From Clostridia bacterium (GTDB taxonomy: Bacteria; Bacillota; Clostridia; UMGS1883), in contig JAZUOX010000013.1 in the NCBI GenBank assembly GCA_045604905.1, positions 5,922 to 69,921 on the forward strand: a stretch of 64,000 bases of DNA, in the 5' to 3' direction. Every line of letters starts with the position of its first letter. Position 1 is the first letter of the stretch. A program made the translations under genes and the position numbers. The notes beneath the pieces are model-generated. The model ran no database searches. It saw nothing but the letters and a program-made list of their open reading frames with translations, and was not told where the DNA came from. Below, in pieces: positions 16,819 to 26,059 of the stretch.

Positions 16819-17811
16819 TTACAGAGCTATACTGTCAATCATATTAAGCTCTTCTTTTGTAAAATTGATATTTTCTGTCATACGGACATTTTCCCTTATC
16901 TGTTCGGGAGTGGAAGCCCCGATAAGAACACTGGTGATTCCCTGTTTACTGTATATCCAGGAAAGGGCCATCTGTGCCAGGCTTTGTCCCCGTTTTTTTG
17001 CAATTGCATCAAGATTTCTTATTTTTGAGATTATTTCCGGAGTAATGCTTTTTTCGTTTAAGAATCTACCGTCACGTTTTACACGACTATCCTCCGGAAT
17101 CCCGTCCAGATACCTGCCCGACAAAAGCCCTTGTGCAAGAGGGCTGAAAATTATCATACCTTTTTTCTCACTGATTGCAGAATCAAGAATGCCGTTTTTT
17201 TCAATGGTTCTGTCGAAAATCGAATAGCGGTTCTGATTTATTACAAACGGACAATGCAGTTCTCTGAGTATTTTTGAAGCTTCTGTCATAGTTTTTCCGT
17301 CATAGTTGGAAAGTCCGGCATAAAGTGCTTTTCCACTCTTCACTATATCGTTAAGTGCCCACATAGTTTCGTAAAGCGGGGTTTCCGGGTCAGGTCTGTG
17401 ATGGTAAAAAACATCCACATAATCTACGCCCAGGCGACTGAGACTATCGTCAAGACTTGAAACAAGATACTTTCGGCTTCCGAAATCACCGTAGGGACCA
17501 TCCCACATACGATATCCCGCTTTGGTACTTATAACCATTTCCCTGCGATAAGGCATCATATCACTTTTCAGAATTTTTCCGAAATTTGCTTCTGCACTTC
17601 CCGGTTCGGGTCCGTAATTATTTGCAAGGTCAAAATGTGTTATTCCGCAATCAAACGCAGCAAAACACATTTTTTTCATATTCTCAAAATCTGAATTATC
17701 TCCAAAATTATGCCACAATCCAAGAGAAACTGCCGGAAGCTTAAGTCCGCTGTCACCGCATTTTCTGTATTCTGTGCCGGTGTAACGGTTTTCATCTGCA
17801 ATATAATTCAT
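16819..17811 (-). CDS. aldo/keto reductase, YghZ/Gpr (L-glyceraldehyde-3-phosphate reductase) family
   Basis: 330 aa. It appears colinear with E. coli YghZ as I recall it: CGDSGLKLPAVSLGLWHNFG, GITHFDLANNYGPEPGSAE, STKAGY, GSRKYL, GKALYAGLSNY, AQMALSW, SVLIGAS. Confidence 0.82.
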   Translation of the reverse strand: MNYIADENRYTGTEYRKCGDSGLKLPAVSLGLWHNFGDNSDFENMKKMCFAAFDCGITHFDLANNYGPEPGSAEANFGKILKSDMMPYRREMVISTKAGYRMWDGPYGDFGSRKYLVSSLDDSLSRLGVDYVDVFYHHRPDPETPLYETMWALNDIVKSGKALYAGLSNYDGKTMTEASKILRELHCPFVINQNRYSIFDRTIEKNGILDSAISEKKGMIIFSPLAQGLLSGRYLDGIPEDSRVKRDGRFLNEKSITPEIISKIRNLDAIAKKRGQSLAQMALSWIYSKQGITSVLIGASTPEQIRENVRMTENINFTKEELNMIDSIAL

Positions 17812-17826
17812 AAAACCATCTCTTTC

Positions 17827-18726
17827 TTATAAATCAATTCCGAGAAACTTCTTTGCAAGAATACCTACTCCGAAAGAAATTATTGCAACCCCAACACTGA
17901 TAAGGGACATTTCGAGAAATCTGGATTTGAATTTTTCGTCTTTCGCCACCGATATATAGTATGTAAAGCCCGCAATAATAAGAATAACCGTAACAAGCAT
18001 ACATACAAGTGCCCATAAATACATTTCATTGCTGAAGATAAGGTACGGCGCTATAAGAAGTACAACTGTTACAAGATATGCAATACCTGTGTACATACAA
18101 GATTTCATTGCATCATCCCTTCCCTCACTTCGTGCGGAAAGAAATTCGCTGGCGGCCATAGAGAATGTTGCTGAAATACCAAGAATCAAGCCCGAAAGAG
18201 CAACAAGGCGTGTATCCTGCATTGCAAATGTGAAACCTGCAAGAGAGCCTGTAAGTTCAACAAGGGCATCATTCATACCAAGCACCATACTTCCAACATA
18301 TTGCAAAAGTTCTTCATCCAGCATACCGAGAAGACTTGCCTCGTGTTCCTCCTCCTGACTGCGTATCGTGGCACTTTCCTCAACCTCTTCAAGCAAAAGA
18401 GCATATTCCTGCTGTGCGAGTTCTTCGCCTCTCTCCATAAGTTTAACCGCAAAAGTAAATCCAAATACTCTTGCAACAAACTTATATTTAAGAATTTTTC
18501 CCTTTTGAGGTTTCATCTCAACACCTGTATATTTCTTCCATATTTCGTAATGAGCTTTTTCCTCATCTGAAAGTCTTTTTAAAACATTCTTGTTTTCCTC
18601 ACCCTTTGCAAACTTTGCAATTTCACGGTAAATAACACTTTCCGTAAGTTCATTCTGCTGCATTCTCATTATAATTGCAAGGGCTTCCTTTGATAAAATT
18701 TTATTCACATAAATCGCTTCTTTCAC
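17827..18726 (-). CDS. VIT1/CCC1-family Fe/Mn transporter with an N-terminal ferritin-like domain
   Basis: 299 aa. The N-terminus has a ferritin/rubrerythrin-like segment (QQNELTESVIYREIAK...EEKAHYEIW). The C-terminal VIT1 membrane domain has 5 TM. The start is GTG at 18726 with no clear SD, so it is uncertain. Confidence 0.75.
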   Translation of the reverse strand: MKEAIYVNKILSKEALAIIMRMQQNELTESVIYREIAKFAKGEENKNVLKRLSDEEKAHYEIWKKYTGVEMKPQKGKILKYKFVARVFGFTFAVKLMERGEELAQQEYALLLEEVEESATIRSQEEEHEASLLGMLDEELLQYVGSMVLGMNDALVELTGSLAGFTFAMQDTRLVALSGLILGISATFSMAASEFLSARSEGRDDAMKSCMYTGIAYLVTVVLLIAPYLIFSNEMYLWALVCMLVTVILIIAGFTYYISVAKDEKFKSRFLEMSLISVGVAIISFGVGILAKKFLGIDL

Positions 18727-18744
18727 AAATTCATATATATGTAC

Positions 18745-18774
18745 AAAAAGGGCAAAACATAAGTTTTACCCCCC
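18745..18774 (-). terminator. intrinsic terminator after the nucleoside ABC operon
   Basis: On the minus strand, GGGUAAAAC-UUAU-GUUUUGCCC (one G-U pair) is followed by UUUUU, starting 7 nt after the stop at 18781. Confidence 0.65.
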
Positions 18775-18780
18775 TTAATA

Positions 18781-19767
18781 CTATCTTTCTTCTCTGAAGT
18801 ACGGTAATCCCAGCGCTGCCGGAGGTTGGTTTTCTTTCTTATCTCTTATGCTTATGATAATAAGCACAATGATTGTAACAACATACGGAAGCATTTCGAA
18901 AAGTTTTTTCATATTTACGGTTATGTCGGGGATATATGTTGGTATTACATATAGGAATCCGAACAGAATAGAACCGAGAATACTTACAGACGGTCTCCAT
19001 ACAGAGAATATAACAAGAGCTATTGCAAGCCAACCTCTGTCACCAAAACCGTTATTTGACCACACTCCGTTAGCGTAGTCCATTACATAATAAAGACCGC
19101 CAAGCCCTGCGATTGCACTGCCGATACAGGTTGAAAGGTATTTATATTTTGTAACATTGATACCTGCTGCATCTGCAGTTTCAGGACTTTCGCCGACAGC
19201 TCTCAAGTGAAGTCCCACTCTTGTTCTGTTAAGCATAAAAGATGAAATCACAGCAACAATAATTGCTATATACACCAAAAAGCCGTAGGATAGGAATATA
19301 TCTCCAACCCAGCCAAGCTTCTCTGCTATCGGAAGCTGTGTCTTAAAAATAACACTTGTTCGAGAAAGAGCGATAGAAGGAACATCAGAATCCACAAGTT
19401 TTATAAGAGAGCCACCAAAAAAGTTACCTATACCTGTACCGAATGTAGTAAGAGCAAGACCTGTAACATTCTGATTTGCACGAAGTGTTACCGTTAAGAA
19501 ACAGTAAATAAGCCCCATAAGTGCTGAACCGACAAGACAACAAACAAGCGGAATTATTATTGCCAGAACCGGGTTAAGTTCTGCAGCTTTAAGCTCATAA
19601 ATAAATGAGCCTGCAACACCGCTTATAGCTCCTACATACATAATTCCCGGAATACCAAGATTAAGATGCCCTGATTTTTCAGTAAGTATTTCACCTGTGG
19701 AGCCAAAAAGCAAAGGAGTTCCCTGCATAACTGCACGCTGTATAATCTGTATGATTGTAGTTATCAT
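18781..19767 (-). CDS. ABC transporter permease (BMP-family nucleoside/purine importer, NupQ/YufQ-like)
   Basis: 328 aa polytopic protein. AGGAGGAG RBS. It overlaps the preceding permease gene by 4 nt and belongs to the BMP lipoprotein/ATPase operon. Confidence 0.85.
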   Translation of the reverse strand: MITTIIQIIQRAVMQGTPLLFGSTGEILTEKSGHLNLGIPGIMYVGAISGVAGSFIYELKAAELNPVLAIIIPLVCCLVGSALMGLIYCFLTVTLRANQNVTGLALTTFGTGIGNFFGGSLIKLVDSDVPSIALSRTSVIFKTQLPIAEKLGWVGDIFLSYGFLVYIAIIVAVISSFMLNRTRVGLHLRAVGESPETADAAGINVTKYKYLSTCIGSAIAGLGGLYYVMDYANGVWSNNGFGDRGWLAIALVIFSVWRPSVSILGSILFGFLYVIPTYIPDITVNMKKLFEMLPYVVTIIVLIIISIRDKKENQPPAALGLPYFREER

Positions 19768-20831
19768 AAGTACTCCTCCTTTTTATTGCCTTTAATGGCG
19801 TAATTTATAAAGAATTCTGAACCGATTATAAAGAATATTATTACGCCGGTAATAATATCTGAGAAAGACGAATTCAACCTGTAAACTTCAGAAATTTTAG
19901 ATGCACCCTTCTGCAAAAATACAATCAGAAGTGAGGTAAGCACCATATATATCGGATTGAATTTCGCAAGCCATGAAACCATTATCGCTGTAAAGCCTCT
20001 GCCACCGGCTGTATCACTCTTAAGAGAATGGTCGGTACCTGCTACCAGCAAAAATCCTGCAATACCGCATAATGCACCTGAAATTGCCATTGTTCTTAAA
20101 ACAACCTTTTTTACATTGATGCCGATATATCTGGCAGTTTTTTCACTTTCACCCACAACTGAAATTTCATACCCTTGCTTACTGTATTTAAGATATATGT
20201 AAGCAACAACAGTCAAAACTGCAACAATTATAATGTTGCAAAGATATTTCTGCCCGAAAAGAGAAGGAAGCTGACCAAACTCCAGAACTCTTGGTGTACC
20301 TGAGCCCTTGGGCACTGACCACTCAAGCGTAAAGTATGCAACAAGCTGTATTGCAATGTAGTTCATCATAAGAGTAAACAGTGTTTCATTTGAATTAAAA
20401 CGGGTTTTAAAAACTGCAGGGATAAGAGCCCACACTGCTCCCGCAATGATACTTGTAATAACCATAAGAATCATCAGTAAAGGTGTAGCAATTTTACCTC
20501 CGAAAAAGAGCATACAGGTTGCAGTAGCAAGACCACCTATAAGTACCTGTCCCTCTGCGCCGATGTTCCAGAATTTCATTTTAAAAGCCGGGGTTACAGC
20601 AAGTGATACGCAAAGAAGCATTGCTACATTCTGTACCATGTTCCAGGCAAGTCTCTCACTGCCTACTGCACCTTCGAACATTGTCACATACATTTTTACA
20701 GGATCAATATCCGTAAGAGCAACAGTAATAACACCACATACCACTAAAGCGCACAAAACAGATACGATTCTTATAATCCACGCTTTCCACCAGACGATAT
20801 CATCTCTTTTTGCTATGTGGAATTTAGCCAT
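19764..20831 (-). CDS. ABC transporter permease (NupP/YufP-like)
   Basis: 355 aa polytopic protein. TAATG stop/start overlap with the ATPase gene. Confidence 0.85.
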   Translation of the reverse strand: MAKFHIAKRDDIVWWKAWIIRIVSVLCALVVCGVITVALTDIDPVKMYVTMFEGAVGSERLAWNMVQNVAMLLCVSLAVTPAFKMKFWNIGAEGQVLIGGLATATCMLFFGGKIATPLLMILMVITSIIAGAVWALIPAVFKTRFNSNETLFTLMMNYIAIQLVAYFTLEWSVPKGSGTPRVLEFGQLPSLFGQKYLCNIIIVAVLTVVAYIYLKYSKQGYEISVVGESEKTARYIGINVKKVVLRTMAISGALCGIAGFLLVAGTDHSLKSDTAGGRGFTAIMVSWLAKFNPIYMVLTSLLIVFLQKGASKISEVYRLNSSFSDIITGVIIFFIIGSEFFINYAIKGNKKEEYL

Positions 20832-22372
20832 TACTGCTCACCCCCTTCTGAATAAGAAGACTTTGTCATAAGTAAACCGATATCTTCTTTTGTTGTGTTT
20901 CTACCGTCAACGATACCTGTTATTCTGCCTGAGCCGATAACCATTATTCTGTCGCAAAGCTCAATGAGAACATCGAGGTCTTCTCCGACAAAAATTACAG
21001 CAACGCCTTTTTGTTTCTGCTCGTTTAGAAGATTGTATATGGTATAAGCAGAGTTTATATCAAGACCTCTAACAGGATAAGCCGCCATCAGAACAGTCGG
21101 AGACGATGCAATTTCTCTTCCGACCAGAACTTTCTGTACATTACCGCCCGAAAGTCTTCTTACAGGGGTGTTTGCAGATGGAGTCACAACATCCAATCTT
21201 TCTATAATTTCCTCTGCAAGTGACTTTGGAGCTTTTCTCTGTAAAAATACAGATTTACTCTTTTTATAGCTGCGGAGCATCATATTATCTACGATATCCA
21301 TATTGCCGACAAGACCCATACCGAGTCTGTCCTCGGGAACAAACGCAAGTCTTACGCCCATATGACGAATCTCAAGTGGGGTCTTATCGCGAAGATTTTC
21401 TGACTTGCCCGTTTTGGGGTCAAAATAAATAACTGAGCCCCCATCAAGTTTCTGAAGTCCTGCTATTGACTCAAGAAGTTCTCTCTGACCGCTGCCTGCA
21501 ATACCTGCAATACCAAGTATTTCTCCCGCATTCACGCTGAAAGATACATTATCAAGAAGTTTAACTCCCTCTCTGTCAACACAGCTTATATTGCTGACAC
21601 AGAGTCTTTCCGTAGGATTCTGCGGAACACTTCTTTCGATGTTAAGAGAGATTTTTTTACCTACCATCATCTCAGTAAGCTCTGCTTCATTAGTTTCGGC
21701 AGTTTTTACCGTACCTACATATTCGCCTTTACGGAGAACAGCAACATTATCCGAAAGAGAAAGTACCTCGTGAAGTTTGTGCGTAATGATAATAATAGCC
21801 TTTCCTGCCTCACGCATATTTTTGAGAACTTTGAAAAGTTTTACCGTTTCCTGCGGAGTAAGAACCGCAGTAGGTTCATCCAAAATGAGGATGTCTGCAC
21901 CGCGGAAAAGCACCTTTATTATTTCAACAGTCTGCTTTTCAGAAACTGACATTTCGTATACTTTTTTATTTGGGTCAAGTTCAAACCCGTACTGTGATGT
22001 AATTTCTTTGATTTTTTCTATGTAAGAATTCATATCAAAGCGTTTTTCATCATCAAGACCGAGTACAATATTTTCTGCAGCAGAAAAAACATCAACAAGT
22101 TTGAAATGCTGATGTATCATACCGATTTTATGGTCAAACGCATCCTTGGGAGATGCAATTACCACTTCTTTCCCATCTATGAACATCTGTCCGCTGTCAG
22201 GATAATAAATACCTGAAACCATGTTCATAAGAGTTGTCTTTCCGCTGCCGTTTTCACCCAGTATAGAAAGGATTTCTCCTTTGCTGAGCTTAAGACAAAC
22301 ATTTTTGTTTGCAACCACACTGCCGAAAGACTTATTGATGTTTTTCAATTCAAGAGCGTAGTTCTGTTCCAT
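20831..22372 (-). CDS. ABC transporter ATP-binding protein with duplicated ATPase domains (NupO/YufO-like)
   Basis: Two Walker A/signature sets: GENGSGKTT ... VSEKQTVEI ... ILILDEPT, and GIAGSGQRE ... LSGGNVQK ... LMAAYPVRGLD. I prefer ATG at 22372 (GGTGA upstream) to 22384. Confidence 0.88.
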   Translation of the reverse strand: MEQNYALELKNINKSFGSVVANKNVCLKLSKGEILSILGENGSGKTTLMNMVSGIYYPDSGQMFIDGKEVVIASPKDAFDHKIGMIHQHFKLVDVFSAAENIVLGLDDEKRFDMNSYIEKIKEITSQYGFELDPNKKVYEMSVSEKQTVEIIKVLFRGADILILDEPTAVLTPQETVKLFKVLKNMREAGKAIIIITHKLHEVLSLSDNVAVLRKGEYVGTVKTAETNEAELTEMMVGKKISLNIERSVPQNPTERLCVSNISCVDREGVKLLDNVSFSVNAGEILGIAGIAGSGQRELLESIAGLQKLDGGSVIYFDPKTGKSENLRDKTPLEIRHMGVRLAFVPEDRLGMGLVGNMDIVDNMMLRSYKKSKSVFLQRKAPKSLAEEIIERLDVVTPSANTPVRRLSGGNVQKVLVGREIASSPTVLMAAYPVRGLDINSAYTIYNLLNEQKQKGVAVIFVGEDLDVLIELCDRIMVIGSGRITGIVDGRNTTKEDIGLLMTKSSYSEGGEQ

Positions 22373-22452
22373 ATCAATCACCATAATAAAATATTTCTAA
22401 TACTCATTCATAAACACATTTTGCTTATGAATAAGTACAAGCTAAATCTATT

Positions 22453-22484
22453 AAATATAGGGCGGGTTAAACCGCCCTATATTT
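22453..22484 (-). terminator. intra-operon hairpin (partial terminator or stabiliser) between the binding-protein and ATPase genes
   Basis: AAATATAGGGCGG (22453-22465) pairs with CCGCCCTATATTT (22472-22484), a 13-bp perfect stem with a 6-nt loop and only a short U tract. Confidence 0.5.
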
Positions 22485-22497
22485 AAATAAGTTCAAA

Positions 22498-23721
22498 TTA
22501 GAACATGCTGTTAAGAAGTGTGATACCGTCGATATTGATATCAAAGTAAGGAGCTGAGCGGAACTCTGATTCGTGGAAGTAACCGTCAGAAATAACTTCT
22601 GTATCCTTTTCGTAGTTAGCATCTGTATCAACATCTGCAAGGTAAGAGTCAAGTGTCTTTCCTTCAACTGTAAAGTTTGCTGTATCAAACACATGAATTT
22701 CACCGGCAATAAGCTTAGCCTTTGCATCAGCGATAGCTTCAACTGTACCTTCTGCTGCAACTGCTTCGTTTACTTCTGTAAGAGCTACGGAACCAGCCTC
22801 AAAACCTTCGCACCAGTCATAAACGATTTCTTCGCCAGCCTGAGCAGCTTCAATTATGTATTTGAAGTAAGGAGACCAGTCGATTCTTGAAGAAACGATG
22901 AATGTGTTGGGGCAAGCAGACTGTGTGCTACCATTGTAAGAAACATTGGGAACACCTGCATTTTCACAAGCTGTGGGAGCACCCATAGAGTCAGCGTGCT
23001 GGCTGATAAGTACACAGTTATTACCTAAGAGCTTTGTAGCAGCTTCTTTCTCAAGTGCTTCGTCATACCAGCTACCTGTGAACTGTACTTCCATAGTAAC
23101 AGAAGGACAAACCGACTTAGCGCCAAGGTAGAATGATGTATAACCTGAAATAACTTCAGCATATGTGAAAGCACCTACATAACCCATCTTTGCTTCTTCA
23201 GCAGAGATTTTGCCTGCATCAATCATTTCATTAAGCTTCATACCTGCAGCAATACCTGCAAGATATCTGCCTTCGTAGATAGAAGCAAAAGCGTTATGGA
23301 AGTTAGCAACCTTTTCTGTGTGAGCTGTTGTACCTGTTGCATGACAGAACTGAACTTCGGGGAATTCCTTTGCAGCCTTAAGAATGTAAGGTTCATGGCC
23401 GAAGCTGTTCGCAAATACAACATCGCAGCCCTGGTCTGCAAGGTCTGCAGCTGCCTCGTAACACTCGTTACCTTCGGGGATGTTTGTCTTGAAAATTACC
23501 TGGTCTGCAGTAAGACCTAACTCAGCTGTAGCAGCTTCTGCTGCAACGATAAAGTTCTTATCGTATGTTGAGTTTTCGTCGTGCAAGAAAATGAAACCGA
23601 TTTTAAAATCAGCATTGCTTGCAGTCTCTCCTGCTGGTTCCTTGTCGCCACATGCTGTAAACATACAAGCTGTTGTTATAAGCATTGCAGCAACGATGAG
23701 AAGTGAAAGTATTCTTTTCAT
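22498..23721 (-). CDS. BMP-family ABC substrate-binding lipoprotein (nucleoside-binding, PnrA/Med-like)
   Basis: Lipoprotein signal MKRILSLLIVAAMLITTACMFTAC (lipobox FTAC). BMP-like FLHDENSTYDKNF ... GAFTYAEV. ATG at 23721 with GGAGG 7 nt upstream. Confidence 0.85.
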   Translation of the reverse strand: MKRILSLLIVAAMLITTACMFTACGDKEPAGETASNADFKIGFIFLHDENSTYDKNFIVAAEAATAELGLTADQVIFKTNIPEGNECYEAAADLADQGCDVVFANSFGHEPYILKAAKEFPEVQFCHATGTTAHTEKVANFHNAFASIYEGRYLAGIAAGMKLNEMIDAGKISAEEAKMGYVGAFTYAEVISGYTSFYLGAKSVCPSVTMEVQFTGSWYDEALEKEAATKLLGNNCVLISQHADSMGAPTACENAGVPNVSYNGSTQSACPNTFIVSSRIDWSPYFKYIIEAAQAGEEIVYDWCEGFEAGSVALTEVNEAVAAEGTVEAIADAKAKLIAGEIHVFDTANFTVEGKTLDSYLADVDTDANYEKDTEVISDGYFHESEFRSAPYFDINIDGITLLNSMF

Positions 23722-23777
23722 TTCAATTCCTCCTGCCATTTGGCAAAATATTTATGTAAATTTCTTTACACACAATT

Positions 23778-24350
23778 TTATTTGCGGAACGTAAGGGAAT
23801 TTTCCGTCATTGACTCAATAATCGCCAAAGAATCAACCCTTATTCCTTTTGCTCTCAGTTCGTCTCCGCCTCCCTGGAAGCCTTTTTCAATTGCGATAGC
23901 ACAGCCCGCCAGCTTTGCTCCCGACTGGTTTATTATATCCATAAGACCTGTCAGCGCATTTCCCTTCGCAAGAAAGTCGTCAATAACAAGAACAACATCG
24001 TCGTTTTTGAGATACTCCTTGCTGACAACAGCATCATAGATATTTTTCCTTGTAAACGATTCAACTCTGGAAAAATAAAAATCATCAGATATGTTGCCGG
24101 ATTTATCTTTCTTTGCAAAGACCACCGGAACGTTCATATACTGAGCAGTTGCGAAAGCTATCGGAATACCTGAGGTTTCAATAGTAAGGATTTTATTAAC
24201 ACCTGTATCTTTATAAAGTTCAGATATCTCCCTTCCCATTTCCATAAGGAAGGAAACATCAATGCGGTGATTCAGAAAGCAGTCCACCTTCAGAATATTT
24301 CCCGGAAGCACTTTGCCATCAGTCAAAATTCTTTCTTCAAGTGCCAACAT
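23778..24350 (-). CDS. xpt: xanthine phosphoribosyltransferase
   Basis: 190 aa. LEERILTDGKVLPGNILKVDCFLNHRID and the PRPP motif VLVIDDFLAKGNA are Xpt-like. Confidence 0.88.
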   Translation of the reverse strand: MLALEERILTDGKVLPGNILKVDCFLNHRIDVSFLMEMGREISELYKDTGVNKILTIETSGIPIAFATAQYMNVPVVFAKKDKSGNISDDFYFSRVESFTRKNIYDAVVSKEYLKNDDVVLVIDDFLAKGNALTGLMDIINQSGAKLAGCAIAIEKGFQGGGDELRAKGIRVDSLAIIESMTENSLTFRK

Positions 24351-24394
24351 AACAAGTCACCTCAATCTCAAAAGCAGTAAAAACCATTGTAAAA

Positions 24395-24423
24395 ATCATA
24401 TCATAATGCTATGTAAAAGTCAA
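24395..24423 (-). promoter_or_regulatory. sigma-A type promoter of xpt: TTGACT, 17 nt, TATGAT
   Basis: Read on the minus strand, the -35 is at 24423-24418 and the -10 at 24400-24395, about 45 nt upstream of the xpt ATG. The leader is too short for a purine riboswitch. Confidence 0.5.
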
Positions 24424-24465
24424 CAGATTTCTGCTTTTTGTTGCATTATTTTACAAGGTTTTCCA

Positions 24466-24555
24466 AAACAAAAAGAAGCTGCTATAAGCGGTGTTCACAT
24501 AGGGATGAATTGGTTTTAGGGCAAATAATCCGCATGTGAACACTGCTAAAGCAGC
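24466..24555 (-). terminator. long-stem intrinsic terminator after glnA
   Basis: GCTGCT..GTGTTCACAT (24478-24500) pairs with ATGTGAACAC..AGCAGC (24533-24555) around a roughly 33-nt partly self-paired loop. On the minus strand it is followed by UUCUUUUUGUUUU. Confidence 0.6.
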
Positions 24556-24568
24556 CTCTTAGTATAAA

Positions 24569-25996
24569 TTAAAGATTATAATATTTTTCAAACTCTGCCG
24601 GATGAGGGATTGCGGCAAGCTCTGCAAGTTCTTTACGCTTTGAAGCTACAAAATTCTTGAGAAGCTCTTCCGGGAACACACCGCCTGCAGTAAGATAATC
24701 GTGGTCTTTTTCAAGAGCATCGAGAGCCTCGTCAAGCGATGTGGGAAGATGGCTGAGTTTTGCCTTTTCTTCATCTGAAAGATGATAAAGGTTAACGTCA
24801 TAAGGTCCCCAACCGTTTTCATGCGGATCGATTCTATTGATAATACCGTCAATACCTGCCATAAGGATAGCCGCATAACAGAAATACGGGTTACAAGTTG
24901 CATCGGGATTACGAAGCTCGAATCTTCTGAGCTTAGGCTCTTTTGCATATGCAGGGATGCGGATAACCGCACTGCGGTTAGATGTTGCATAGCCGACAGT
25001 GACGGGTGCTTCAAATCCCGGAACAAGTCTCTTGAATGAATTTGTGCTGGGATTTGTAAGAGCACAAAGTGAAGCGATATGGTTAAGAAGACCGCCCATA
25101 AAGTAGTGAGCTTCCTTGCTGAGGTGAGAATAGCCGTTATCATCAGAGAATACCGGCTCACCGTCTTTAAGAAGAAGCATATGGACATGCATACCGTTAC
25201 CTGCCTCACCCATAACGGGCTTAGGCATAAATGTTGCCGACATACCGTATTTTCTTGCAGTATTGTGAATGATGTACTTGATCATCATTGTAGCATCTGC
25301 CATTTTTGACATTTTACCAAGCTCAGGCTCGATTTCAAACTGACCGCCAGCGCCAACTTCGGGATGATGATAGTTAAGAGCAATGCCTGCATCGTCAATA
25401 AGCATACACATTTCACTTCTTGCCTCGTAAGAAGTATCAAAAGGTTTTGCAATGTGATAATTCTTCTGTTTTGAAACCACATTTCCAAGTCCTTCGACAG
25501 CACTGTTCCAGTGTGCCTGGTTTGCATCAAGAGTGAATCCGATTGAATCTGCCTTTACTTCCCAACCTACCTGGTCAAAAAGATAAAATTCAAATTCCGG
25601 AAGAATAAGCATAGTATCTGCAATACCGGTATCTTTAAGATATTTTTCTGCAGCAACAACAATATTTCTGGGATACTGACTGAGAGGACGATTCTCTGGG
25701 TTGTCAATAATCATTGCATTACCTGTCATAGAAAGAGTCGGGATTTCGCAGAAAGGGTCTATAAGAGCTGTGTCAGGGTCGGGAATAAACACCATATCAC
25801 TCTTCTCAACAACTGCATAGCCGTAGTTCGAAGCATCAAAACCGATACCGTTTTTCATTGTTTTTTCAGAAAAGTTCTTCGCCGGAATGGTTACATGGCG
25901 GAACTGACCATTTATGTCGACCATTTTAAAGTCAACCATTTTTATATCGTTTTCCTTGATAATTCTCAAAATATCTTCTACTGTTTTTTTCATCAT
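24569..25996 (-). CDS. glnA: glutamine synthetase, type I
   Basis: 475 aa. N-terminal beta-grasp (VDFKMVDINGQFRHVTIP) and catalytic-domain motifs (EFEFYLF, HHPEVGAGGQFEI, MPKPVMGEAGNGMHVH, NSFKRLVPGFEAP, RIPAY...RFELRNPD). Confidence 0.9.
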   Translation of the reverse strand: MMKKTVEDILRIIKENDIKMVDFKMVDINGQFRHVTIPAKNFSEKTMKNGIGFDASNYGYAVVEKSDMVFIPDPDTALIDPFCEIPTLSMTGNAMIIDNPENRPLSQYPRNIVVAAEKYLKDTGIADTMLILPEFEFYLFDQVGWEVKADSIGFTLDANQAHWNSAVEGLGNVVSKQKNYHIAKPFDTSYEARSEMCMLIDDAGIALNYHHPEVGAGGQFEIEPELGKMSKMADATMMIKYIIHNTARKYGMSATFMPKPVMGEAGNGMHVHMLLLKDGEPVFSDDNGYSHLSKEAHYFMGGLLNHIASLCALTNPSTNSFKRLVPGFEAPVTVGYATSNRSAVIRIPAYAKEPKLRRFELRNPDATCNPYFCYAAILMAGIDGIINRIDPHENGWGPYDVNLYHLSDEEKAKLSHLPTSLDEALDALEKDHDYLTAGGVFPEELLKNFVASKRKELAELAAIPHPAEFEKYYNL

Positions 25997-26023
25997 TTTT
26001 CTCCTCCTGTAAAGTATAGGATA

Positions 26024-26052
26024 ATTATACCATTACAGCTAATAAAAATCAA
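26024..26052 (-). promoter_or_regulatory. sigma-A type promoter of glnA: TTGATT, 17 nt, TATAAT
   Basis: Read on the minus strand, the -35 is at 26052-26047 and the -10 at 26029-26024, with a 17-nt spacer. AGGAGGAG RBS follows. Confidence 0.5.
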
Positions 26053-26059
26053 TATTTTT

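Noticed and set aside
24351-24568. A possible purine (guanine/xanthine) riboswitch upstream of xpt, as in Bacillus.
   Set aside because: The predicted promoter leaves only a roughly 45-nt leader. I could not find the conserved UAUAAU...GGGAUAUGGC...CCGUAAAU-type three-way junction on the minus strand.
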